From positions 832,001-896,000 of the forward strand of contig OZ254086.1 in assembly GCA_965267575.1 (NCBI GenBank): a stretch of 64,000 nucleotides of DNA, written 5' to 3'. Positions within the stretch are counted from its first letter, which is position 1, and the number at the start of each line of letters is the position of its first letter. This stretch comes from Calditrichales bacterium. Its GTDB lineage: Bacteria; Calditrichota; Calditrichia; Calditrichales; J004. Below the pieces are notes generated by a model. It worked only from the letters and a program-made list of their open reading frames with translations, was not told the DNA's origin and did not search any database. Both the position numbers and the translations under genes were made by a program. Below are positions 8,928 to 18,963 of this stretch, one piece after another.

Positions 8928-9878
8928 TTACTTAATTACACCCTTTTCTTTCCAGAATTTTACAGCACCCGGATGCATTTCCGTTACAATGCCTTTCGTG
9001 CCGTTTTCAATGCTCATGGCCTTGGCCGATTTATGCACCTCAACCATGTACTTTAAACCCTCTTCGCTATATACGGTTTGTAAGAGCTTATACACATCGT
9101 CTTCGGAAACCTTGCTACTGGCAACCCACAACGCCGCGTCCTGAAATGTGTTGACGGGTTCGGTCTGGCCGGAGTATGTGTTGGCAGGAATGGTCACCTT
9201 GTTAAAGTAAGGATAGTCATTGAACAAGCCCGCTTCTTCGCCGGCTTTATAGGTGTCCAGTAAACGGATGTCCGTCTGCAAGGCTGCTTCAATAACCGAA
9301 GCATTGGGATAGCCTACGAATACCCAAAAGGCATCCAGTTGGTTGTTCTTGAAAGCGTCGGCGGCCTGGCGATAGCCCAGGTTTTCACGGGACATTTGTT
9401 CCCAAATGCCCAGTTGACGGAAGAACAGTTCGGCATTGGCCGCTGCACCGGAACCGGCGTTACCCACACCCACGCGCTTATCGGCAAGCTCCTTGGGATG
9501 CGTAATGCCTGATTTTTCTTTTACAACGAGCTGGGCAGGCGCGCCATAGAGATAGGCCACGGCCAGAACATTATCATATTTCTTGCCATCGTTGCGTAGT
9601 TTACCGTTGGAAGCTGCCCATACGTGTCCGGAATAGGTAACGGCGAAAGACGATTTGTTGTTGTCTATAAGACGAATGTTTTCGATGGCGCCACCGGAAG
9701 AGCTGGCCAATACTTTCATGCCGGCTTTTTTGGATAAGGTGGAAATGGCGCTGGCGTAGTATTGGAATGTACCGCCGGACGGGCCGCCGGAAAATTTATA
9801 AACCTGCGCGGAAAGTCCGCTAAATGCGCAGAAAAGCGCGCTTGCCAGTAAAATGATAAATAGTCTGCTTTTTAACAT
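8928..9878 (-). CDS. TAXI-family TRAP solute-binding protein
   Basis: GGPSGGTFQYY, SSGGAIENIRL, VGVGNAGSG, HPGAVKFWKE. Confidence 0.92.
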   Translation of the reverse strand: MLKSRLFIILLASALFCAFSGLSAQVYKFSGGPSGGTFQYYASAISTLSKKAGMKVLASSSGGAIENIRLIDNNKSSFAVTYSGHVWAASNGKLRNDGKKYDNVLAVAYLYGAPAQLVVKEKSGITHPKELADKRVGVGNAGSGAAANAELFFRQLGIWEQMSRENLGYRQAADAFKNNQLDAFWVFVGYPNASVIEAALQTDIRLLDTYKAGEEAGLFNDYPYFNKVTIPANTYSGQTEPVNTFQDAALWVASSKVSEDDVYKLLQTVYSEEGLKYMVEVHKSAKAMSIENGTKGIVTEMHPGAVKFWKEKGVIK

Positions 9879-9917
9879 GATATTACTCCTCGTTTTGAGT
9901 TTAAAAAACCCGAAAGA

Positions 9918-10391
9918 CTAGTCCCGGTCCGTCACTTTTCTGACTACCAGGACATTGCACGTGGCGCGGCGTACCACTTTTTCGGTGGTGCTTCCGTAAA
10001 AGAAGTCCTGTAATCCGCTTAAACCGCGGGTAGCAATGGAGATCAGGTCAACCCCGGATTCTTTTTCCTGCTTTAAAATTTCATCATAAGGTACGCCTTC
10101 GCGGATCTTCACCTGGTATTTAACCCGGCGCTCGCCAATATATTTTTTAGCGAATTCCTGCAGCTCAGATATGGCCTGTTCGCGCATTTTCTTTTTCAAC
10201 TCATCCATCTTGACATCGTCAAGAAAGAAGAGCGGCTTTTTGTATACATCTTCCGTGATCACATGCAGAAATATGAGCTGGGAATTATTCTGCTCGGCAA
10301 GCAATACGGCCTGCTTCACAGCGATCCGCGAGCTTTGTGCGCCCAGTTCGGAAAAGTCGGTCGGGACTAAGATCTTTTCGGGTTTAAACAT
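9918..10391 (-). CDS. Universal stress protein (Usp)
   Basis: KILVPTDFS and ATRGLSGLQDFFYGSTTEKVVRRATCNVLVV. Confidence 0.92.
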   Translation of the reverse strand: MFKPEKILVPTDFSELGAQSSRIAVKQAVLLAEQNNSQLIFLHVITEDVYKKPLFFLDDVKMDELKKKMREQAISELQEFAKKYIGERRVKYQVKIREGVPYDEILKQEKESGVDLISIATRGLSGLQDFFYGSTTEKVVRRATCNVLVVRKVTDRD

Positions 10392-10403
10392 AGTGCGGCC
10401 TCA

Positions 10404-11522
10404 CTATTTGAATTTGATATCGAAACGGAATTCGATTTTGTGGCGTGTTTCAACCGTTTCACCTTCAAACGTTTTCTGAATCATACGCCACTCCGGCGAA
10501 ACCGAAAAATCGCCATACTCGCCTTTATGCAGCGTAATGGTGTAGCTCAGCCAGTGGTAGTAGAAATCCCACACAACGTCGGCAGCCAGTTCATCAGTGC
10601 GCGAGCCATAATCAATCCAGAACAGCAAGCTTCCCGGACCCAGTTTTCCTTTAACCTTTCCGCGAGCCAGCCAGCCGCTGTATTTATTGTTGGGCATGCC
10701 AGGGATTTTATCACCACCCATAGCAATATTTTCTTCACCCTGCATCGTGTAACCAAAAAACAGGCTTGGGCTCAGCGTGGAAATATTTGGCAGCGAAGCT
10801 TCAGCACCAAAGGTTATCGGCGCGGCCGAAGAATCATCGGCAATAACGGACGCCAGAACCATCGGCGCAACGCTGATGTTTTCCGATAACGGCAGGTTAT
10901 AATGCAGATACAAGGTATAGTTATCGTTGGAGTCGGACAGTTCGTTGCCATCCACATCTTCCCTGTAGATTCCGGCATTGTCATCTATAAGTAACGCGCC
11001 TGTGAGTTTGCCCGGGCCAAACTTATGATAGCCCCAAAAGCCGTAAGCGCCGTCGGTATTAAATATGAAATAGGGTATATCAATCATACCGGCCGGATAA
11101 AAGTGCAAATCAAATATGGGATTGTTATATGCCCCCATGAGAAACAAACCGATCTTAAAGCCACTGTTTTCCCCCAGCTGGCCCATATACATTTCCATAA
11201 AGTAAAGCGCTGTGCGGCCGGCACTTAAGTTAGAACTGCCGCTGGGCTTCGCTTCATTTGAGGAAATCGAATAATAGCCAAGCTCATTGCCGGAAACCAT
11301 CGTCTGGAACAGCCAGCCTTCACCTATATCTGCTTTCATGCGCAGGCGGGCACGATATTGGTGATACAGAGTTTGTGTAAGTTCACCACCACCGCCGGTG
11401 CGGTCGCGTACATCATAGCGCGGCCGGAAACGGGCATCGCCGGAAAACGAAACCTGGCTATAGGCTTCGCCGATTCCGCTAACCAGTAAAACGAGAAACA
11501 GTAAACGTATGTACTTGAACAT
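10404..11522 (-). CDS. Outer-membrane beta-barrel/porin-like protein
   Basis: Signal peptide from MFKYIR (11522), FSGDARFRPRY and YRARLR strands, C-terminal FRFDIKFK; the ORF-track start at 11681 would overlap the promoter. Confidence 0.65.
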   Translation of the reverse strand: MFKYIRLLFLVLLVSGIGEAYSQVSFSGDARFRPRYDVRDRTGGGGELTQTLYHQYRARLRMKADIGEGWLFQTMVSGNELGYYSISSNEAKPSGSSNLSAGRTALYFMEMYMGQLGENSGFKIGLFLMGAYNNPIFDLHFYPAGMIDIPYFIFNTDGAYGFWGYHKFGPGKLTGALLIDDNAGIYREDVDGNELSDSNDNYTLYLHYNLPLSENISVAPMVLASVIADDSSAAPITFGAEASLPNISTLSPSLFFGYTMQGEENIAMGGDKIPGMPNNKYSGWLARGKVKGKLGPGSLLFWIDYGSRTDELAADVVWDFYYHWLSYTITLHKGEYGDFSVSPEWRMIQKTFEGETVETRHKIEFRFDIKFK

Positions 11523-11573
11523 ACAGCCCCCTTTTGTGAGAGTTATGAGTGAATGAAGCTTCGTGAAGTATTT

Positions 11574-11590
11574 AGCAAGGGCTGTGCCAG
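11574..11590 (-). promoter_or_regulatory. Sigma54 (-24/-12) promoter
   Basis: Minus strand reads CTGGCACAGCCCTTGCT, matching TGGCAC-N5-TTGC, about 52 nt upstream of the porin start. Confidence 0.85.
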
Positions 11591-11664
11591 CCGGTTTTCC
11601 GGCACTCAGGCCGCAGAAAAGGGGTATTATACAGAAAACAATTATTTTTATAAGGAAAGCAATT

Positions 11665-11700
11665 CGGCCAAAATTCACCAAAAGCGGTCAATTTTCACCA
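11665..11700. promoter_or_regulatory. Candidate enhancer (UAS) pair for the adjacent sigma54 activator
   Basis: CGGCCAAAATTCACCA and CGGTCAATTTTCACCA, 20-bp period, each an imperfect palindrome, 75-110 bp upstream of the -24 box. Confidence 0.55.
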
Positions 11701-13073
11701 TCATTGAAGCCCATCTTGGAGAGTTTATAACGCAGGGTTTCACGAGGAATTTTCAGCAGGCGCGCGGTTTGGCTGACGTTGTAGTTGGCTATGGTGCGGG
11801 CTTTTTTAATCAATTCCAATTCGACGTTGAACATAATTTCATCAAGCGGCATCTGGCCCAGGTTTTTGTCGGGACTGTCAGGCATCATGGCAGCTGACGG
11901 ATTAAGGATTTCACCGGGCAGGTTTTCAACCGAAACCATGCTGCCTTTTTGTAAAATGCAAATCCGCTCAACCACGTTTTTGAGTTCACGAATATTGCCG
12001 GGCCAGCTATACATCATTAATTGCCCGGAGGCCTCTTTGGAGAAGCCTTCTATCTTTTTATTAAACTTTTTATTAAACAACTCCAGAAAGTGCCTGGCCA
12101 GTATCAGGATGTCCTGCCCGCGTTCCCGCAGGGGCGGCATTTCCACGCGCAATACATTCAAACGGTAATAGAGGTCTTCGCGAAACTGTTTTTCGCGGAT
12201 AGCGTCCTGCAGGTCTCTGTTGGTCGCGGCCACGATGCGAAGGTCCACCTGGATATCCTGTGTGCCACCCAGGCGCCGGAATTTCTTGTTTTCCAGTACA
12301 CGCAAAAGCTTGGCCTGCAAACCGGCGGACATCTCGCCAATTTCATCCAAAAAAAGCGTGCCCCCGTTGGCTTTTTCAAACAGACCCTTCTTGCGCTGCT
12401 TCGCGTCTGTAAAGGCTCCCTTCTCGTAACCGAACAACTCACTTTCCAGTAGACTTTCCGGTATTGAGGCGCAGTTGATTTCAATAAATTCGTTACTGCG
12501 GCGCCGGCTGAGTTCATGCAGGGCCAGGGCGGCCAATTCCTTACCGGAGCCACTTTCGCCGGTAACAAGCACAGTTTCGGAATCGTGCTTGGCGAATTCT
12601 TCAATCTGGTGTTTCACTTTGTGGATGGCATCGCTTTCGCCCAGCATGGTCCTGGCGCCTGCATTGCTTTGGGAATCTTTAAGTTCCTTTACCCTTTCTT
12701 TAAGAGATTGTGTTTCCAGGGCCAGTCGCACGATCAGCTTTATGGCGTCCGCCTTAAAGGGTTTCCGCATGTAATCGTATGCCCCGAGCTTTAACGCTTC
12801 AACCGCCGATTCCACGGAGGCGTAGCCGGTAATTATAATCACCAGCAAGTCAGGCTGCATCACCTTTAGCTCTTTCAGCACCTTAATCCCGTTGGTGTCG
12901 GGAAGATTCAAATCCAGCAGAGCCAGATCGATTTGTTCCTTCTTAACGATCTCGCGGGCCTGTCTGCCGTTTTCGGCCAGATACAGCTTATAGCTTTCAC
13001 CGGAAAAGATGTTTTTAAGGTTCATGCGGATGAACTCTTCATCATCCACAGCCAGGATATTATAAATCGCCAT
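11688..13073 (-). CDS. Sigma54-dependent response regulator (NtrC/AtoC family)
   Basis: Receiver domain, GESGSGKE, ESELFGYEKGAFTDA, FLDEIGE, WPGNIREL, Fis-type HTH. Confidence 0.95.
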   Translation of the reverse strand: MAIYNILAVDDEEFIRMNLKNIFSGESYKLYLAENGRQAREIVKKEQIDLALLDLNLPDTNGIKVLKELKVMQPDLLVIIITGYASVESAVEALKLGAYDYMRKPFKADAIKLIVRLALETQSLKERVKELKDSQSNAGARTMLGESDAIHKVKHQIEEFAKHDSETVLVTGESGSGKELAALALHELSRRRSNEFIEINCASIPESLLESELFGYEKGAFTDAKQRKKGLFEKANGGTLFLDEIGEMSAGLQAKLLRVLENKKFRRLGGTQDIQVDLRIVAATNRDLQDAIREKQFREDLYYRLNVLRVEMPPLRERGQDILILARHFLELFNKKFNKKIEGFSKEASGQLMMYSWPGNIRELKNVVERICILQKGSMVSVENLPGEILNPSAAMMPDSPDKNLGQMPLDEIMFNVELELIKKARTIANYNVSQTARLLKIPRETLRYKLSKMGFNDGEN

Positions 13074-16000
13074 ATAAACTCTCTCTTTTCGCCAATTCTG
13101 CTTTTTTACCCGGCCGCGTCCTGGGCAGCAACACGGTAATCAGCGTGCCGCGCTTACGCATGGAATCCACGCGAATGATGCCTTTGTGATCGGAAATGAT
13201 ATTATACGTTGTGGAAAGCCCCAGCCCGGTGCCCTTCTTTTTAGATGAATAGAAAGGTTCGAATATCTTGCCCAGTTCCGCCGTCTTGATACCTATGCCC
13301 GTGTCACGGACGTCTATACGTATCCATTCTCCTTTTTCCTTTTCTTGCAATTTACTGCTTACCGATAACATCCCGCCTTCCGGCATAGCCTCGACGGCGT
13401 TAAGCATAATGTTTAGCAGCGCCTGCTTCATGCGATCCGGATTAAAAAGCGATTCTCCGATATTTTCATCAAGGTCCATTTCGATTTGAACATGTGCTTT
13501 CTTGCACTGTATGGACAGAAAATCCATTATGGTTTTTATTACTTCGTTTATATCACCGGCGTGGTGACCGCCACTGGCCGGATGCGTAAATACAAGGATC
13601 TCGTGGGTCAGCTTTTCCAGACGCTCTATTTCCTTTTGCGCCTTTTCCAGCAGCGGCAGAATATCAGGCTTATCGTTCAGATGATTAACCAGGTCATCAA
13701 TAAAAAGGCTGATCCCCGTAAGAGGATTGCGTATTTCGTGGGCCACCTTCGCCGCGAACCGGCCCAACGAAGCGAGCTTTTCCAACTGCTGTACCTGTTC
13801 GTCCAGTTGCTTTTTGTCGGTAACATCTTCCAGGATAATCACACTGTCCGGATTTGCCCCCTGCTCTGATTTGAACTGGGATGCATGTACGTTTAAAAAT
13901 TTTGTTTTGCCCGCAATGGAAAACTCCAGGTTATAACCGCTAAAAAAGCCGCGGTGCAGAATCTGCTGCCGGATGCGTTCAACCATCTGGCTGTTATCCC
14001 GGAACAATTCGGTAATATTTTGATATGGTCGAAAATCTTTTATCTCCAGCACCTCCATAGCCGCCTTGTTCATGCTGGTAATCTGCCCCTCGCTGCTTAC
14101 CGTGATCAGGCCATTGAGCATATATTTGAAAACGTTTTCAACAAAATTGCGCTGGTCAATGATCTCTCCGTAAAGACGCGTATTTTCGATAACGCGTGAC
14201 GCCTGGTTGGCCAGGATTTGCAGTGAATTGATGTCGGCGCTGCTGATATCCTTTTGCGAACGGATCTTATCGGCGCCCATGATGCCGATAATCTTTTCCT
14301 GTACACGCAGGGGCACAAATACAAAAGAGTTGCTCTTGGTATATTCCCGTATTTTTTTATCAAGTTTGGTTTGCTGGCTATAGCTGTTAAAGTCTTCCAC
14401 GAAAATTATACGACCTTCTTTAACAACCCGGGTTTCAATGCAATCGAAACGTTGCAGATGGTACCTGGAACGTCGCGCAACGCGTTCATTTTCGGCGGAG
14501 AAGCCGTACGTTTCGCGGCATGCTAAATATTTTTGGCGGTCATCTATGAGGTAAAGAATAGCGCGATCAAAACCGATGCTTTTTACGCATTTTTCCAGAA
14601 TCAGGCGGATAACCGTATTTACATCAAAAGTAGAGCCAAGAATATTGCTGATGCTTTGAATGCTTTTAAAAATCTCGATCTGATATTCCAGTTCACGGGC
14701 GTACTCTTCGGCTTTGCCTTTACTGGTCTTTAGCTCGTCTATGGTGCTTAGCAGGCGCGAGCGGTTCTTCTTCAGTTCCCCGGCCATTGAGTTAAAAACG
14801 CGGGCCAGCGTCCCGATTTCATCACTGCGATTGACGTTGATCTCCTTGCCAAGATCACCACGGGCGATTTTGCCGGCACCTTCCGTTAAGCTCACAATCG
14901 GCTTGGTAAGCTGGCGGGAAAAAAACCAAGCCGTCATCATTGCTGTCAAAAGGGCCAGCAGCATAAACAGAAAATAGTCGCTCTTCACCTGGGCGATCAG
15001 GCTTTCGATTTCGCGGCTTACAAACGCCGCTGATGTATTGAAGCCTATCAACTCCGCGCCAACGGTTACGCCCCCAAAAACGCCATGTTCGGCATACACT
15101 CCGCCGGAATATAAAACGGGTGCGTAAGCCATGATTTTAGTGATACCGCCGACATTTGTTGTAATGAGCGTGCCGGTATGTTTTTGGCGAACCTTTTGCG
15201 CTACGATCGGATAGTTGGGATGTACGAATCCGGTGCTGTCCAGATTAAACGGAATATAGCCCCGGTCTATCTGCTCCTGCGTGCTTGTTTCCGTGTAGGC
15301 GGGTATCCAGTTTCCCTGCCGATCAACACCTTTAATATCCCACAACTTGGGATGCGTGATAATCCAGCCCTGGTCATCAAACAAAAAGGCGTAGTTGCCG
15401 GAATTGTAACTTGGGAAGAGCACTTTTTCTTTGCTAAGCGGAAGCAGGTGTTGCGTAAACCCCATCAGATGGCGCTGATCCAGGGCCAGGGTAACCATGC
15501 CCGCAAGCTTATTGCCTTCATACACAGGAGCACAAAAACGAATGACGCCGTCATAGTAGACGCCGCCGGGCGCGTCATCCAGATTTTGCGCCCCTTGAAG
15601 CTGCTCTTTCTTATCTACAAAAAACCCAACCAAACGGCTGACATAAATTTCACCGGGTTGCAATGATTTTGTGCGTGCAAAATATTCTTCCACGCCGTAG
15701 CGCGTTTGCCGGGGATCAGAAACATTCTTTAGCCTTTCTCCCCGGGCCACGGTACCATCCTCAACCTTTATCAGCTCCCGGCCTGAAGGCGCAATAAATG
15801 CAATTTCTTTATATAAAGGAAGATCGACGGTTTGGTGATGGTGGCCTCGTTCCCAAACGGGTGCGGTTTGGTTTTGCAGAAAGGTGAGGTAAAAACCGGC
15901 TGATGGTTGGGCCTCTTTGATCGTCTGCAGGTCCGCTTCTATGTTTTTTAAAAAAACACCTATTTGCGTGGCCGTCTCGCTGGCCTGCAACTCCAGCATA

Positions 16001-16203
16001 TCGATGGTTTTTTCGTTCAGGCTGACAGTGGTCTTTTCATTGATCTCATCACCCACGTCGTGGATGGTTGACACCATATAAACGGTAATCAGCAGAACAG
16101 GCACCAGTACAAAAACTATCAACAGAACAAATACGCGCTGGAAAATTCCAAAGCGCGGGCCGGACAAAGGGACGGTTGTTTTTTCTACGGCATCAGCCAT
16201 CAC
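13060..16203 (-). CDS. Sensor histidine kinase (periplasmic Cache-like, HAMP, GAF, PAS-like, HisKA, HATPase)
   Basis: Two TM helices, DEIGTLARVFNSM HAMP, GAF-like VPLRVQEKIIG, VAHEIRNPL, NAVEAM, DTGIG, GTGLGL. Confidence 0.92.
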   Translation of the reverse strand: MMADAVEKTTVPLSGPRFGIFQRVFVLLIVFVLVPVLLITVYMVSTIHDVGDEINEKTTVSLNEKTIDMLELQASETATQIGVFLKNIEADLQTIKEAQPSAGFYLTFLQNQTAPVWERGHHHQTVDLPLYKEIAFIAPSGRELIKVEDGTVARGERLKNVSDPRQTRYGVEEYFARTKSLQPGEIYVSRLVGFFVDKKEQLQGAQNLDDAPGGVYYDGVIRFCAPVYEGNKLAGMVTLALDQRHLMGFTQHLLPLSKEKVLFPSYNSGNYAFLFDDQGWIITHPKLWDIKGVDRQGNWIPAYTETSTQEQIDRGYIPFNLDSTGFVHPNYPIVAQKVRQKHTGTLITTNVGGITKIMAYAPVLYSGGVYAEHGVFGGVTVGAELIGFNTSAAFVSREIESLIAQVKSDYFLFMLLALLTAMMTAWFFSRQLTKPIVSLTEGAGKIARGDLGKEINVNRSDEIGTLARVFNSMAGELKKNRSRLLSTIDELKTSKGKAEEYARELEYQIEIFKSIQSISNILGSTFDVNTVIRLILEKCVKSIGFDRAILYLIDDRQKYLACRETYGFSAENERVARRSRYHLQRFDCIETRVVKEGRIIFVEDFNSYSQQTKLDKKIREYTKSNSFVFVPLRVQEKIIGIMGADKIRSQKDISSADINSLQILANQASRVIENTRLYGEIIDQRNFVENVFKYMLNGLITVSSEGQITSMNKAAMEVLEIKDFRPYQNITELFRDNSQMVERIRQQILHRGFFSGYNLEFSIAGKTKFLNVHASQFKSEQGANPDSVIILEDVTDKKQLDEQVQQLEKLASLGRFAAKVAHEIRNPLTGISLFIDDLVNHLNDKPDILPLLEKAQKEIERLEKLTHEILVFTHPASGGHHAGDINEVIKTIMDFLSIQCKKAHVQIEMDLDENIGESLFNPDRMKQALLNIMLNAVEAMPEGGMLSVSSKLQEKEKGEWIRIDVRDTGIGIKTAELGKIFEPFYSSKKKGTGLGLSTTYNIISDHKGIIRVDSMRKRGTLITVLLPRTRPGKKAELAKRESLYGDL

Positions 16204-16281
16204 GAATTGCCTTGATAGTAAATCGGGATAACCTATTATGAATAAATAAGCGGCCTACTGCAAATTTAAATGCGCGATGTG

Positions 16282-18963
16282 TCAGTTGGCGTCTTTTCTG
16301 GTAATTAAAACCACATCGTCGTCATATTGGCCACGGGAAAGCAGCAAATCGCCATTGGCGGCCCAATCAAAAGCCATAATATAGTGGTTGCTTTCACCCA
16401 CTTTAAAAAATGTAATTTGTCTGGGAGCGCTTCCGTCCATCGGGTAATTCCAAAGGTTAGAAATATCCTGATCGTCAATGATCAGGGTGATAGCTTTGCC
16501 ATCGCTTGTCCAGCGCAGATAGCGCGAATAAACACCCTCCGGCAGGTCTTCAAGAAACACGACGGGTTCTCCCCCTTCAAGCGGTGCCAATATAAGGCTT
16601 GATTTACCATCCACGCGCTGGAAAAAAGCGACCGTTTTCCCATCGGGAGAGACGGCCGGAGCGAAGCCCTCCCCGGTGCTCAGTATTTCATAATCACCAC
16701 CTGTAACAGGTATTTTAGCTACATGGGAAAACGCGTTGGAAGTCATCTCACACACAACCCAGTCATTTGCAGGAGAAATCTGAGGATTGCGCATATCGAA
16801 TGGCGCGTTATCGTTTATTGGGGTTGCTTTTCCACCGCTCAGGTTCAGCCGGTAAATCATAGTCTTTTTTTCATTACGCCAGGATTCAAAAATGATATAT
16901 TTTCCATCGGAAGACACATCGGGCCAGCGGTTTGTTTTGTTGTCGCCGGTAAGAAGACGTCCGTTGGTGCCGTCCTTATTTATTAACCAGATACTCCAAT
17001 CCCTGGTGCCGTGAACGATATGTCCGTCGGGTGTCCAGGCCAATCCGGCAAAGCCATCAAATTTGCCTTTGCTGACCTGTTCCAGTTTTTTGAAATCCCC
17101 GCCGGGCGCAACCCAAATGTTTGATGTCCAGTCTGATTTTACGGTAATAAAACTTTTGTCGCTGCCGGTAATACTGATGCCATTGTAGTTATTGGGATCG
17201 TTTGTGACGCGCCGCTCTTTTCCGCCGGGATAAGAAACATACCAGATTTGATAAAAATAGTCCGTTTCCCTGTGTGCGGCGGAAATCAGCAAACCGCGTC
17301 CGTCATTGGTCCAGGCCAATTGGTCAATCGCCCCCCAGAAGACGTCGTTTAGCATACTTTGCTCTCCCGATTGGGAATCAACCAAAATAATGCCTTCTTT
17401 TAAACTATCCAGCACCCCGTGGTAAGCGATGTGCACTCCATCCGGTGACCAGGCGATAACATCATTTGTCCAGGGCTGTTTCTCCCTTTTCAGGAGTACG
17501 CGTTCACTTCCACTCAAATCAGAAATGATCAGCTCTGTCGCGCTGTTGCCTGGGTCAAAACGGAAAAAAGCAAACTCTTTTCCTGTCGGTGAAAAAGAGA
17601 CAGGGCCGCTAACGTCTTCGGCTATTTTCTCGGGCTCGCCGCCCAAAACCGGCACTCTAAAAAGTCTGCTCCTCCTCCAATCCCCGCCATGATAATCCCT
17701 AAAAAAAATATGATTTCCGTCAGATGAAAAAATTATATTTCTGATGCTCTTTCGCGGCGGAATTATCTGGACGTTGCTGCGCGTAGCTATCGAATTAAGC
17801 CACAGGCTGCGTTTCCCGCGATCTTCCAGAACATAGGCGATGTACTTACCATCCGGTGAAATGGCCGCGCTGCCCGTACGCCCGTGTGTCGTAAAATGGG
17901 TAATGCTCATATTCTGAAAAGGTGAACTGTCCGTATTGTCATTTGTAAGCACAAACCAGGCGGCTATCGTCAAAGCAGCGAAAGCCGCGGCAATCCAGAG
18001 TGTTGGCTTCTTAATGCTAATAATATTGCCGTTTCGGTTACCTTTGTTCTCTTTATTCTTTTTATCAGACCGTTGAGGATTTTCGGGCAGAATCTCGCTA
18101 CTCACAGAAGGTTTGGCCTTTGAAGACCCTGTAATTGAGGCAGGCTCGGCTTTCTCAGAAGACGACTGATTTAAAGAATGTATAATTTCACGGATAGTTT
18201 GAATGCGCTGAGATATCTCTTTTTTTAAGCAGCGTTCACAGATATCCTTCAATCGTTCCGGTACATCCGGGCGCAGCGCAGAAAGCGATTGTGCCTCTTC
18301 ATTGACTATAGCGTAGACAACGGCTTGCTCATACTCACCCGGAAAAGGGAGTTGGCCGGCAAGCATTTCAAACAATAAAACGCCAAATGACCAGATGTCT
18401 GAACGACTGTCCACCTCTTCCCCGCGCACCTGTTCAGGTGACATGTAGGGAGCCGTGCCGAGGGTTGATTGCTCTTTTGTAAGCTGTATGCCCGCGCCCA
18501 CTTTGGCCAATCCAAAATCCATAATCTTGACCATGCCGCTCTTGGTAATCATAATATTTGAAGACTTTATATCACGATGAACAATCTCTTTTTGGTGCGC
18601 AGCCTCCAGACCTTGCGCTATCTGCAGCGCAATATCTTCCACTTCTTCAAATCGCAGCGCACCGTCTTTTAGGCTGGCGGCCAGTTCCTGCCCCTCGACA
18701 TATTCCATGACCAGGAAAACGTCATCATCGGTCTCTTCGATGGCGTGGATAGTGGCAATATTCGGATGGTTTAAAGCTGCAGCCGCCCTGGCTTCGATCT
18801 CAAAGCGTTTGCGCTCATCGGAATTAGCCGCAATGTGGCGCGGTAAAAATTTTATGGCGACCTGCCGCTCCAGTTTGGTGTCTTCGGCCAGGTAGACCAC
18901 ACCCATGCCGCCTTCGCCCAGCTTCTGTTTTATTTTATAATGAAGGATAGTTTTACCAATCAC
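16282..18963 (-). CDS. Hanks-type Ser/Thr protein kinase with TM helix and TolB/PD40 beta-propeller
   Basis: LGEGGMGVVY, VAIK, HRDIKSSN, DFGLAK, YMSPEQ; repeated SPDG/WSPDG blades. Confidence 0.93.
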   Translation of the reverse strand: MIGKTILHYKIKQKLGEGGMGVVYLAEDTKLERQVAIKFLPRHIAANSDERKRFEIEARAAAALNHPNIATIHAIEETDDDVFLVMEYVEGQELAASLKDGALRFEEVEDIALQIAQGLEAAHQKEIVHRDIKSSNIMITKSGMVKIMDFGLAKVGAGIQLTKEQSTLGTAPYMSPEQVRGEEVDSRSDIWSFGVLLFEMLAGQLPFPGEYEQAVVYAIVNEEAQSLSALRPDVPERLKDICERCLKKEISQRIQTIREIIHSLNQSSSEKAEPASITGSSKAKPSVSSEILPENPQRSDKKNKENKGNRNGNIISIKKPTLWIAAAFAALTIAAWFVLTNDNTDSSPFQNMSITHFTTHGRTGSAAISPDGKYIAYVLEDRGKRSLWLNSIATRSNVQIIPPRKSIRNIIFSSDGNHIFFRDYHGGDWRRSRLFRVPVLGGEPEKIAEDVSGPVSFSPTGKEFAFFRFDPGNSATELIISDLSGSERVLLKREKQPWTNDVIAWSPDGVHIAYHGVLDSLKEGIILVDSQSGEQSMLNDVFWGAIDQLAWTNDGRGLLISAAHRETDYFYQIWYVSYPGGKERRVTNDPNNYNGISITGSDKSFITVKSDWTSNIWVAPGGDFKKLEQVSKGKFDGFAGLAWTPDGHIVHGTRDWSIWLINKDGTNGRLLTGDNKTNRWPDVSSDGKYIIFESWRNEKKTMIYRLNLSGGKATPINDNAPFDMRNPQISPANDWVVCEMTSNAFSHVAKIPVTGGDYEILSTGEGFAPAVSPDGKTVAFFQRVDGKSSLILAPLEGGEPVVFLEDLPEGVYSRYLRWTSDGKAITLIIDDQDISNLWNYPMDGSAPRQITFFKVGESNHYIMAFDWAANGDLLLSRGQYDDDVVLITRKDAN

